Shown here in pieces: positions 26,326 through 35,589 of a stretch of 48,004 nucleotides of DNA. The translations under genes were made by a program, and so were the position numbers. The stretch's first letter is position 1. The number at the start of each line of letters is the position of its first letter. The stretch is from an uncultured Bacteroidota bacterium (lineage in GTDB: Bacteria > Bacteroidota > Bacteroidia > Flavobacteriales > BACL11): the NCBI GenBank assembly GCA_902579065.1, contig CACHFI010000004.1, positions 1-48,004 on the forward strand, written 5' to 3'. The notes beneath the pieces were generated by a model, which was not told where the DNA came from, made no database searches, and saw nothing but the letters and a program-made list of their open reading frames with translations.

Positions 26326-27411
26326 TTATTCTTTTTTTCTTTTCCAAAATGTAGTTTGAGGTAACGTTAAACCATCTTTATAATCATCATTTAACGTATT
26401 TAAAATATTTGGTCTCTTTTTGTCTTTGAGAACATGAATATCATATATTTCATCCAATGAGTTGAGGTAATTGATTTTTCCTGCTATACTTTTAGTTGGA
26501 AGATGAACAATTACAATACCTGCTTGATTTGCATGTTTAGCAAAATCTAATTTTCCAAATGTAGATGAGTTTTTTCTGAGCTTTGAAAGGCCAATAAAGA
26601 GATAATCTTTATGAAGACTCATTCCTCTAACAAATCCACCAACTTTAACTATTACATCATATGTTCCCTTATCTGTGTCTATTTTAACTAGTTCACCTGT
26701 TGCTGACAATAAAACATATAATTCATCATTAAATATCCTTGGAGTATGTGGCATTGGTAATCCACTACAAATGATTTTATTCTTTTCAATATCGTAAATA
26801 ACTCCTGAACTAGTAATACTATCTCTCCAACTTTGAGGAGTATTTCCATTATTAAATGCAGTAGCATATTTAGGTTTTCCATTTAGCATTGCCATACCAT
26901 TTAAATGACATCTATCTTCAGAAGTAATCTTATCAATTTGTGGTGGTGTCCAAACAGGGGTAAAGCTATAATTTTCATCTAGTTTTATGATACTTGAAAA
27001 TAAGGTGTTAACGGCGTATATGTCACCATTAGAACCAAAGCTTAAATCATGAATATCTACTGCTCCAGTATGATATGTAATTCTTGGCATATAAAGAGCA
27101 TCATATTTATTTGGAGCTTTAGGATAGTAATTAGCAAGTTCTGAGGAATTTTTAAATAATATAACCTCATCTTTACAAGCAACTGCTAATTTTTGATTTT
27201 CAAAATCTTCAGCTATTCCCATTGCTTTATTAAAATTTCTAGGAAGTTGAATTAAAGAATCTTCATCTTTAGAGGAAATAAATACTAATTTTCCTGCTTG
27301 ATAGGTGGAAATGGCAATAGTACAATTAAGTTTTGAAAGTAATTCTGGTACTTGAGGACTAAATTGACAACTAAATGGCGCTAAGGCTTTATTTTCGTTG
27401 TTAACTTCCAT
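26326..27411 (-). CDS. TIGR03032 / DUF4915 family protein
   Basis: STYQAGKL, YDALY.PR...TG.VDIHD, VNTLFS, EDRCHLNGMA, MPHTPR and GFVRGM motifs. Confidence 0.85.
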   Translation of the reverse strand: MEVNNENKALAPFSCQFSPQVPELLSKLNCTIAISTYQAGKLVFISSKDEDSLIQLPRNFNKAMGIAEDFENQKLAVACKDEVILFKNSSELANYYPKAPNKYDALYMPRITYHTGAVDIHDLSFGSNGDIYAVNTLFSSIIKLDENYSFTPVWTPPQIDKITSEDRCHLNGMAMLNGKPKYATAFNNGNTPQSWRDSITSSGVIYDIEKNKIICSGLPMPHTPRIFNDELYVLLSATGELVKIDTDKGTYDVIVKVGGFVRGMSLHKDYLFIGLSKLRKNSSTFGKLDFAKHANQAGIVIVHLPTKSIAGKINYLNSLDEIYDIHVLKDKKRPNILNTLNDDYKDGLTLPQTTFWKRKKE

Positions 27412-28302
27412 TTATTTTTGAAACTGTGAAGCAACTTTTTTATTTCTTGGTCCTTCTGAGTAATCATAGAACCCTTGACCAGTTTTAATACCAAGATTAT
27501 TATTTTTTACCATTTCAGTTAGTAGGGGGCAAGGTTTATATTTTTCGTCATTAAATCCTTCATACATAACTTCTAATATTGATAAACAAACATCTAATCC
27601 TATAAAATCAGCTAAATGTAGTGGTCCCATAGGGTGAGACATACCTAAAATCATAACAGTATCAATTCCTTCAACATCACTTACATTTTCATGTAATGTA
27701 TAAATAGCTTCATTAATCATTGGCATAAGTATTCTATTAGCAACAAATCCAGGAGCATCATTTACTTCAACGGGAATTTTATCTAATTTTTTACTTAAAT
27801 CCATAATAAGATTTGTTACTTCATTTGAAGTTTCTTTTCCCCTTATTACTTCAACAAGTTTCATTATAGGAACAGGGTTCATAAAATGCATTCCAATTAC
27901 TTTATCTTTCCTATTTGTAACATTTGCAATTTGAGTTATTGAAATAGATGATGTATTTGTAGCTAAGATTGTATCTGACTTACATAGATTATCAAGATCT
28001 TTAAATATTTTTAACTTTAAGTCAACATTTTCTGTTGCAGCCTCTACTACTAAATCACTATCTTTTACACCAGAACTAAATTCAGTTGTTGTTGTAATAT
28101 TTTCAAGAGTTTTAAGCTTATCATCGTTAGATATTTTTTCTTTAGCAACCATTCTATCTAAATTTTTAGATATTGTAGATATCGCTCTTTCTAAATTTTC
28201 CTCAGAAATATCTACTATTGTTACATTAAAATTTTTTTGAGCAAAGGCATGAGCAATTCCATTTCCCATTGTGCCTGCTCCAATAATTGTTATGTTTTTC
28301 AT
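27412..28302 (-). CDS. hbd: 3-hydroxybutyryl-CoA dehydrogenase
   Basis: IGAGTMGNGIA, VEAATEN, TNTSSISIT, GMHFMNPVP, PGFVANR, HPMGP..LAD.IGLD. Confidence 0.92.
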   Translation of the reverse strand: MKNITIIGAGTMGNGIAHAFAQKNFNVTIVDISEENLERAISTISKNLDRMVAKEKISNDDKLKTLENITTTTEFSSGVKDSDLVVEAATENVDLKLKIFKDLDNLCKSDTILATNTSSISITQIANVTNRKDKVIGMHFMNPVPIMKLVEVIRGKETSNEVTNLIMDLSKKLDKIPVEVNDAPGFVANRILMPMINEAIYTLHENVSDVEGIDTVMILGMSHPMGPLHLADFIGLDVCLSILEVMYEGFNDEKYKPCPLLTEMVKNNNLGIKTGQGFYDYSEGPRNKKVASQFQK

Positions 28303-28312
28303 AATTTAATTT

Positions 28313-29140
28313 TTAATAAAGTACTTTAATATTATCTAAACTTATTTCTTCATTTGAGCTCGGATCATTTCTTCGCATATTAATAAATACTTTAAATGAT
28401 TGTGCTCCAATACTTTCACTAACAGTTTGAGTTAAATTTATATAAATTTTATTCCAATCTTGTTTTGAAGTAACCCAAACTAATTCACTTTTAACTACAT
28501 CCTGAGGGTAATTTATATACATACCAACCAAAAATTCTGTGCTTGATTTGTAATCTAATTCTAGATATACTGGAGAACCTTGTTGTGGTAATGTTAAATC
28601 TTGAGTAGCTATTTCAAAGTTTATAAGTGGAGAAATGATCTCAGCAAAAGCATATTTGTTTTCATCTTCATTAACTATTGTAAAATCTATTTCACTTGAA
28701 ATAGTTGAATCAACAGTTGTACCTGAATTTTCAAAATCTTCTATTATTGCATTAAATGCATCATTATATGAAAAAGTTGGAAATATTTCAATTGTTTCGT
28801 CTTTTACAAGATTAATTGTATCAAGAAAGCTAGAATAAAACGGATATTGAATTCTTGTTGATGCTATTCCATTTGCTTTTATTCCTGCCTTTACTCTAAT
28901 ATTTTTAATTCCTTCTTCAAGTACAGGAAATTCTACTGGTATTTCATAAACTCCTTGTAAATTATCTTCAATATATACCCATACATCTGTTATGTTTTCA
29001 GTAATTGATCCAAAATTTTGATTGTAATTTAGATTAACATTATTTACTTTTAAATAAGAAGGAATCTTATCGTCTTTTTCACAGGAAATAAAAATGAAAA
29101 GAAATACAAATATTTTATATATTATTCTTGAATTTAACAA
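28313..29140 (-). CDS. Hypothetical lipoprotein
   Basis: TTG start, hydrophobic stretch ending FISC (Cys19) followed by EKDD, an acidic pattern like the Bacteroidota lipoprotein export signal. Confidence 0.7.
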   Translation of the reverse strand: MLNSRIIYKIFVFLFIFISCEKDDKIPSYLKVNNVNLNYNQNFGSITENITDVWVYIEDNLQGVYEIPVEFPVLEEGIKNIRVKAGIKANGIASTRIQYPFYSSFLDTINLVKDETIEIFPTFSYNDAFNAIIEDFENSGTTVDSTISSEIDFTIVNEDENKYAFAEIISPLINFEIATQDLTLPQQGSPVYLELDYKSSTEFLVGMYINYPQDVVKSELVWVTSKQDWNKIYINLTQTVSESIGAQSFKVFINMRRNDPSSNEEISLDNIKVLY

Positions 29141-29250
29141 AACTGTGTGTATTATATTTTAAAAAAATTAAAAATTACTAGTAATTATATATTTCTTTTG
29201 TAAATAATGTTTTTCAAAAATACACTTTAAACATATATTATTATAATTCT

Positions 29251-29895
29251 ATGAAAGATAGTTTTTTACATAAAGGACTAAGGAAAAAATTAGTTGATGA
29301 TTTAGTAAAAAAAGAAATTAAAAATGATAAGGTTCTTAATGCTATAATGCAAATTCCAAGACATCTTTTTTTAGATAATGCATTTGTAAATTTTGCTTAT
29401 CAAGATAAAGCATTTCCAATAGGATCTGGACAAACAATTTCTCAGCCCTACACAGTTGCTTTTCAAACGGAATTACTAGATGTTAAGCCTTTTCATAAAG
29501 TATTAGAAATTGGAACAGGTTCTGGGTATCAAGCTGCAGTCTTAGATATTTTAGAAGCACAAGTATTTACAATTGAAAGACAAAGAGATTTGTTTAAAAA
29601 AACTAAAGAATTTTTGCCTTCAATTGGATATCACTGCATGTTTATTTACGGTGATGGATATAAAGGATTGCCAAAATTTGCACCATTTGATCGAGTTATT
29701 ATTACATGTGGTGCCCCATTTATACCAGATGAATTGATAAATCAATTAAAAATTGGAGGTAAAATGGTTGTTCCAGTTGGTGATGGAGATAATCAAATTA
29801 TGCATTTAGTTGAAAAAATTTCAGAAACAGAAACATCAATAACTACTCATGGTAATTTTTCTTTTGTTCCAATGTTAGATAACAAAGAAAACTAA
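29251..29895 (+). CDS. pcm: Protein-L-isoaspartate O-methyltransferase
   Basis: PRHLF, AYQD...PIG.GQTISQP, VLEIGTGSGYQ, GDGYKG...APFD, FVPM. Confidence 0.95.
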   Translation: MKDSFLHKGLRKKLVDDLVKKEIKNDKVLNAIMQIPRHLFLDNAFVNFAYQDKAFPIGSGQTISQPYTVAFQTELLDVKPFHKVLEIGTGSGYQAAVLDILEAQVFTIERQRDLFKKTKEFLPSIGYHCMFIYGDGYKGLPKFAPFDRVIITCGAPFIPDELINQLKIGGKMVVPVGDGDNQIMHLVEKISETETSITTHGNFSFVPMLDNKEN

Positions 29896-29899
29896 TTTT

Positions 29900-31078
29900 T
29901 TAATTGAGATTTTTTAAAATTATATTACAGCCTTTTTCAATTTCATCAAAACTGATTGTAAGTGGAGGAGATATTCTAACTGAAGAATTATTAAACAGAA
30001 AAAAGAAAAGCAATAATCCATCTTGCATGCATTTTTCAACTAATTTATTAGCCTCTTCTTCATCATTTAAATCTATTGAAAGCATTAATCCTTTTCCAGT
30101 AATACTTTTAATTTTATGATGTACAAGAAGTTTTCTAAATAAATTTTCTTTTTTGTTTATTACTTCAATAATTTCATTTTTAAGAATATATTTTAGAGTA
30201 GCGTAACTAGCTGCACAATTTACAGGGTGACCTCCAAATGTTGTTATATGGCCAAGTTTTGGATTAAATGTTAATTTATTCATATTATCCCAAGATGAAA
30301 TAAAAGCTCCAATAGGAAATCCACCACCCATTCCTTTAGCAATGCAAAGAATGTCAGGAATAATAGAAGTGTTTTCAAATCCAAAAAGTTTACCTGTTCT
30401 TCCAAAACAAGTTTGAATTTCATCCATTATAATAAGCACATCAAATTCTTTACATTTTTTTTCTAGTTCAATTAAAAAATTATCGTTAGCAACTTTAAAT
30501 CCACTTGCCCCCTGAATTGTTTCAACTATAACTGCAGATGTTTTTTTTGAAATATTATTTATTGAACTGGTGTTATTAAACTCAATTTGTTTACAGTTTG
30601 GAAGTAATGGTCTGTATTTAGCTTTATAAAACTCATTTCCCATAACGCTAAGAGAACCTTGAGTAGAGCCATGATAAGAATCCTTAAAATAAATAATTTC
30701 AGACCTTCCATTAATTCTTTTGGCTAATTTCATAGCTCCTTCTATTGCTTCAGTTCCTGAGTTTGTAAAATATGTTGTTGATAGTGAATTTGGTAAATTG
30801 TCTGATAATAATTTTGCAAGTTTATATTGTGGTTTTTGCACATATTCCCCATATACCATAACATGTGTGTATTTGTCTATTTGTGATTTTACAGCTTCAA
30901 TTACTTCTTGATTTGAGTGACCAATTGATGTAGCTGATACTCCAGCTATAAAATCTAAATATCTTTTGTTGTTAGTATCAAAAATATATGATCCTTCTGC
31001 TTTTTCTACTTCAAGAAGAGATGGGTAAGGAAATGTTTGCGCTTGATATTTTTTATAAATATCTACTGCTGATATCAT
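29900..31078 (-). CDS. Class III PLP aminotransferase (acetylornithine aminotransferase-like)
   Basis: YLDFIAG, NSGTEA.EGA.K, SYHG.T, DEIQT.FGRTG, DIL..AKGMGGG.PIG, TTFGGHP. Confidence 0.88.
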   Translation of the reverse strand: MISAVDIYKKYQAQTFPYPSLLEVEKAEGSYIFDTNNKRYLDFIAGVSATSIGHSNQEVIEAVKSQIDKYTHVMVYGEYVQKPQYKLAKLLSDNLPNSLSTTYFTNSGTEAIEGAMKLAKRINGRSEIIYFKDSYHGSTQGSLSVMGNEFYKAKYRPLLPNCKQIEFNNTSSINNISKKTSAVIVETIQGASGFKVANDNFLIELEKKCKEFDVLIIMDEIQTCFGRTGKLFGFENTSIIPDILCIAKGMGGGFPIGAFISSWDNMNKLTFNPKLGHITTFGGHPVNCAASYATLKYILKNEIIEVINKKENLFRKLLVHHKIKSITGKGLMLSIDLNDEEEANKLVEKCMQDGLLLFFFLFNNSSVRISPPLTISFDEIEKGCNIILKNLN

Positions 31079-31082
31079 ATAT

Positions 31083-32018
31083 TTATTTTCTTAGAATTAC
31101 TTTTTTGACAGCATTTACAATATCATTTGATGTTAATCCATATTTTTCCATTAACTGTCTTGGAGTACCGCTTTCACCAAAAGTATCATTAACACCTACC
31201 ATTTCTAATGGTAATGGCATCTCTCTTGAAAGTAATTGCGCAATACTATCACCTAAACCACCATTAAGCATATGTTCTTCAGCTGTAACAACACATCTAG
31301 TTTTTGATACTGATTTAATAACAGCATCTTTATCAAGGGGTTTAATTGTATGAATATTAATAATTTCAGCATTTATATTTAATTCATTAAGAATTTTTGC
31401 TGCTTCTAAGGCTTCCCAAACTAAATGTCCAGTAGCTAAGATTGAAACATCATTTCCATCTTTTAAATTTATAGCTTTACCTATTTCAAATATTTGATTT
31501 GCATCCGTAAAATTTGGAACCTTCGGTCTACCAAACCTTAGATATACGGGACCCATATGTTCAGCTATTGCAAGTGTTGCAGCTTTGGTCTGATTAAAAT
31601 CACATGGGTTAATAACTGTCATATGTGGAAGCATCTTCATCATTCCAATATCCTCCAAAACCTGATGTGTTGCACCATCTTCACCTAAAGTAACACCAGC
31701 ATGCGAAGCACAAATCTTAACATTCTTATTTGAATAAGCAATAGATTGTCTAATTTGATCATAAACTCTTGAAGTTGAAAAATTAGCAAAAGTTCCTGTA
31801 AAAGGAATTTTTCCACCAATTGTCATTCCAGCTGCAATTCCCATCATATTAGCCTCTGCTATACCTACTTGAAAAAATCTTTCTGGATGATTGTTTTGAA
31901 ATTCATTCATTTTTAATGAACCTGTTAAATCGGCACATAAGGCTACAACTTTTGAATTAGTTTTTCCTAACTCTGTTAAACCTGCACCAAAACCAGATCT
32001 TGTATCTTTCATTTCCAT
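31083..32018 (-). CDS. Transketolase, C-terminal subunit
   Basis: ADLTGS, GIAEANM, GEDGATHQ, PVYLRFGR, IKPLD, TAEEH...GGLG. Confidence 0.93.
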   Translation of the reverse strand: MEMKDTRSGFGAGLTELGKTNSKVVALCADLTGSLKMNEFQNNHPERFFQVGIAEANMMGIAAGMTIGGKIPFTGTFANFSTSRVYDQIRQSIAYSNKNVKICASHAGVTLGEDGATHQVLEDIGMMKMLPHMTVINPCDFNQTKAATLAIAEHMGPVYLRFGRPKVPNFTDANQIFEIGKAINLKDGNDVSILATGHLVWEALEAAKILNELNINAEIINIHTIKPLDKDAVIKSVSKTRCVVTAEEHMLNGGLGDSIAQLLSREMPLPLEMVGVNDTFGESGTPRQLMEKYGLTSNDIVNAVKKVILRK

Positions 32019-32020
32019 GA

Positions 32021-33394
32021 TTAGTAAATTTTAATTAATTGTGATTTTCCAGATTTTATAACAAATGTTTTTTCGTCAGTATAAATATATTTTTTTGAGG
32101 ATTTGGCCCTATACACTACAGTATATTTTCCTGGTAATAAAGTTAATTTGTACTGATTAGATTCTCCATTAAATTTATATATTTCAACAAGTTCATCTCC
32201 ATCATTTAAAAAAACACCTCCATATCCATTAGCAGGAAGTAAAATGTTTGCCAAACCAGTGCTAGGAAGTTGTAATTTAGTCAGTTGATTTTGATTAATT
32301 CTAATATTATTAAAATATTGTCTTGGAAGAGTTAAAAGTTCAATGTCATAATTTCCTGTTATATATTTTTGAGTGGAATTAATTGTCTGAACATTTATTG
32401 TTTCTTTTTGGTTTGTTTTTCTAATAATGAATTGATAGTTTTCCTTAGTATTTATCATAATTTTTAATTTTCCCTGAGGAGTTTTTAAAGGGATGATAGT
32501 GTGTTTTCCAGGGCTAATAGTAATAATTTCAGACTCTACTGGTGGTATTGTATGAGCAATAACCTTATATTTTAATACTGGATCAATTATCATAGTATCG
32601 GGGTTACCCATGCTATTCATTGTATGTATGTAGTTATATTTAACAATATCAGTGAAATTATCATAGAAAGTTAATGGAATATCTGTTTCTGTTGGATTTC
32701 CAAGAGAATCAAGTAAATTTACTTGAGTAGTAGTATTGTCTACAACATGAGATATAACAACATTTAAAATATTTGAAAAATCTCTTTCATTAGCTGCATC
32801 AAAAAAAGTACCTACACAATCTAAGTTATCTTGCCAAGATTTATCTAAACCAATTCCTATTACAAATGGTTTTAGTATTATTCCTTTCTTAGCAAAAAGC
32901 CTTGATACAGCACACGGATCCATTCCACATTCTTCTTTACCATCAGTTATGAGAATTACAATATTTCTAGAATTATCAACAGGGAAGTCAGCAGCAGCTT
33001 CTTCAAGTGATTTAGCAATAGGGGTTGTTCCTTTTGCTTTAATCATACTTAGTTTTCCTCGAATTCTTTCAGAAAAAATATTAGAGGAAATAAAATTTAT
33101 TTCAAGCTTGGTGTCATCACAATCTTGAGGTGGAAAACTTCTTTGATGTCCATAAACTCTTAAACCTAGTTCTAAATTTTTTACATCTTTAAGCGAATCA
33201 GTTATATTAGTAAGTAATTGTTTTGCAATATCAATTTTTCTACCGCTTTGCCATCTTCCTAACATGGATTGAGAAGCGTCAAAAACAAATAAAATCCTAT
33301 TTACTGGTTCTTCTTTTTTTTGTGGATATAAATCTATACTGAGTAAGAGACTCAATAAAATATAAATTATTATAGAACTTTTTTTAGTAATCAC
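32021..33394 (-). CDS. Exported VWA-domain protein
   Basis: GTG start, signal peptide, intact MIDAS (DASQSM, GTTPIA, ITDGKEEC..DPC), beta-rich C-terminal repeats. Confidence 0.8.
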   Translation of the reverse strand: MITKKSSIIIYILLSLLLSIDLYPQKKEEPVNRILFVFDASQSMLGRWQSGRKIDIAKQLLTNITDSLKDVKNLELGLRVYGHQRSFPPQDCDDTKLEINFISSNIFSERIRGKLSMIKAKGTTPIAKSLEEAAADFPVDNSRNIVILITDGKEECGMDPCAVSRLFAKKGIILKPFVIGIGLDKSWQDNLDCVGTFFDAANERDFSNILNVVISHVVDNTTTQVNLLDSLGNPTETDIPLTFYDNFTDIVKYNYIHTMNSMGNPDTMIIDPVLKYKVIAHTIPPVESEIITISPGKHTIIPLKTPQGKLKIMINTKENYQFIIRKTNQKETINVQTINSTQKYITGNYDIELLTLPRQYFNNIRINQNQLTKLQLPSTGLANILLPANGYGGVFLNDGDELVEIYKFNGESNQYKLTLLPGKYTVVYRAKSSKKYIYTDEKTFVIKSGKSQLIKIY

Positions 33395-34229
33395 CTAATG
33401 TTTCAGTATTTTGGGATAAAGCTATTTCTAGTTGCTCATCATTTGGAGCATTTCCATGCCATTTATGAGTTCCCATCATAAAGTCAACACCATTACCCAT
33501 CTCAGTGTGCAAAAGAATAACAATCGGTTTATTATTTCTGGATTGTTTTTTTGCTTCGGATAAAATATTAGAAACAGATTCTAAATCATTACCATTTTTT
33601 TCTTCTAAAACTAACCAATCAAATGCTTCAAACTTTGCTCTTAGATTACCCATTGGAAGTACATCATCAATTTCTCCATCTATCTGTTTTTTATTATAGT
33701 CAACTGTGGCTATTAAATTATCTACCTTATTTGCAGATGCATACATAACTGCTTCCCAAATTTGGCCTTCTTGTAATTCGCCATCACCATGTAATGAATA
33801 TATTAATTGTTTATCATTATTTAGTTTCTTTGTTAATGCTGCTCCAATAGCAACAGATAACCCTTGTCCAAGTGAACCTGTTGCAACTCTAATTCCCTCT
33901 AATTTTTCGTGTGTAGTTGGGTGTCCCTGTAATCTGCTATCAATTTTCCTAAATGTTGCTAATTCTTTAATATCAAAATAGCCTGATCTTGCCAGAACAG
34001 AATATAAGACAGGTGAAATATGTCCGTTAGATAAAAAAAATAAATCTTCATTAATACCATCCATATCAAATTTTGTATTATGATTAAGGTGGTTGAAATA
34101 TAATGTAGTAAGAAATTCAGTACAACCTAGTGATCCGCCTGGATGACCAGAATTATTGGTATGTACCATTCTTAAAATATCTCTTCTTATTTGAGTACAC
34201 AAACTTTCTAACTCTTGAATTGTTTTCAT
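33384..34229 (-). CDS. Transketolase, N-terminal subunit
   Basis: SGHPGGSL, LSNGH, LQGHP, TGSLGQG, TPP motif GDGELQEG..WE, WHG; TAAATTTG on the minus strand at 34248-34255. Confidence 0.93.
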   Translation of the reverse strand: MKTIQELESLCTQIRRDILRMVHTNNSGHPGGSLGCTEFLTTLYFNHLNHNTKFDMDGINEDLFFLSNGHISPVLYSVLARSGYFDIKELATFRKIDSRLQGHPTTHEKLEGIRVATGSLGQGLSVAIGAALTKKLNNDKQLIYSLHGDGELQEGQIWEAVMYASANKVDNLIATVDYNKKQIDGEIDDVLPMGNLRAKFEAFDWLVLEEKNGNDLESVSNILSEAKKQSRNNKPIVILLHTEMGNGVDFMMGTHKWHGNAPNDEQLEIALSQNTETLGDY

Positions 34230-34385
34230 TTAGTATTTTAATTTTTTCAAATTTAAAATTTACCATTAAAAATTTCTTTCTTTAAAAAAATATATCAGTT
34301 TATTTATTAACGTATTATTGACAATCTATATTTTAAGTGATATTTAAATTTTGAAATTATTAATATTGCAAACTAAAATTTAATT

Positions 34386-35483
34386 ATGGCTTTAAAATGC
34401 GGTATTGTTGGTTTGCCAAATGTTGGGAAATCGTCCTTATTTAATTGTCTTTCAAAAGCAAAAGCACAATCTGAAAATTTTCCTTTTTGTACTATTGAAC
34501 CTAATGTTGGAGTTATTTCTGTTCCAGATAAAAGATTAGATGAAATATCTAAATTAGTTAAGCCGCAAAAAATTATACCTACTACAGTTGAAATAGTTGA
34601 TATTGCAGGTCTTGTTAAAGGAGCTAGTAAAGGTGAGGGTTTAGGAAATAAATTTTTGGCTAACATAAGAGAGACAAATGCTATTATTCATGTTATTAGA
34701 TGCTTTGATGATGAAAATGTAGTGCATGTAGATGGTTCGGTAAATCCAATCAGAGACAAAGAGACAATAGATATGGAGTTACAAATTAAAGATCTTGAAA
34801 CTCTTGATAATTTTAAACAAAAAAATATTAAAATTTCTCAATCAGGAGATAAGATAGCTTTAAAAAACATTCAAATTGTTGATAGATTTATTAATCATAT
34901 TGAATCTGGTAAACCAGCAAGGACATTAGAAATTAATGATGAAGAATTTTCTTTAATATCTTCATTTAATCTTCTTACAATGAAGCCAGTTTTATATGTT
35001 TGTAATGTAGATGAAGGTTCTGTTAAAGATGGAAATGAATATGTTGATTCAATTAAAGATATATCAAAAGATGAAAATGCCGAAGTACTTGTTATTGCAA
35101 CAGCTATTGAAGCCGAAATAGCTGATCTTGACAGTATTGAAGAGCAGCTTTTATTTTTAGAAGAAATGGGGTTAGATCAACCTGGAGTAAATCATCTAAT
35201 TAAATCTACATACAAACTATTAAATTTACAAACCTATTTTACAGCTGGTGAAAAAGAAGTTAGAGCGTGGACTATTGTAAAAGGTACTAAAGCTCCCAAA
35301 GCTGCCGCTGTTATTCATACAGATTTTGAAAAAGGTTTTATTAGAGCAGAGGTAATATCATACAATAATTTTATAAAATTTGGTTCCGAGCATAGTTGTA
35401 GAGAAAATGGAAAACTCTCTATAGAAGGAAAAGATTATATTGTAAATGACGGAGATATTATGCATTTTAGATTTAACGTTTAG
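34386..35483 (+). CDS. ychF: Redox-regulated ATPase YchF
   Basis: GIVGLPNVGKS, FPFCTIEPN, DIAGLVKGAS.GEGLGNKFL, YFTAG.KEVRAW, IHTDFEKGFI, FRFNV. Confidence 0.97.
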   Translation: MALKCGIVGLPNVGKSSLFNCLSKAKAQSENFPFCTIEPNVGVISVPDKRLDEISKLVKPQKIIPTTVEIVDIAGLVKGASKGEGLGNKFLANIRETNAIIHVIRCFDDENVVHVDGSVNPIRDKETIDMELQIKDLETLDNFKQKNIKISQSGDKIALKNIQIVDRFINHIESGKPARTLEINDEEFSLISSFNLLTMKPVLYVCNVDEGSVKDGNEYVDSIKDISKDENAEVLVIATAIEAEIADLDSIEEQLLFLEEMGLDQPGVNHLIKSTYKLLNLQTYFTAGEKEVRAWTIVKGTKAPKAAAVIHTDFEKGFIRAEVISYNNFIKFGSEHSCRENGKLSIEGKDYIVNDGDIMHFRFNV

Positions 35484-35547
35484 TTAAAAGTTGAAAAGTT
35501 TGTTGATAATAGGTCTTTTAATATTTAAGTTATTAAATCAATAAATT

Positions 35548-35555
35548 TAATTTTG
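35548..35555 (+). promoter_or_regulatory. Bacteroidota -7 element (TAATTTTG) for the parE operon
   Basis: TAnnTTTG 34 bp upstream of the parE TTG start. Confidence 0.5.
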
Positions 35556-35589
35556 TAACCTGTTTTAATCCATTAAAAACCTATTTGTT

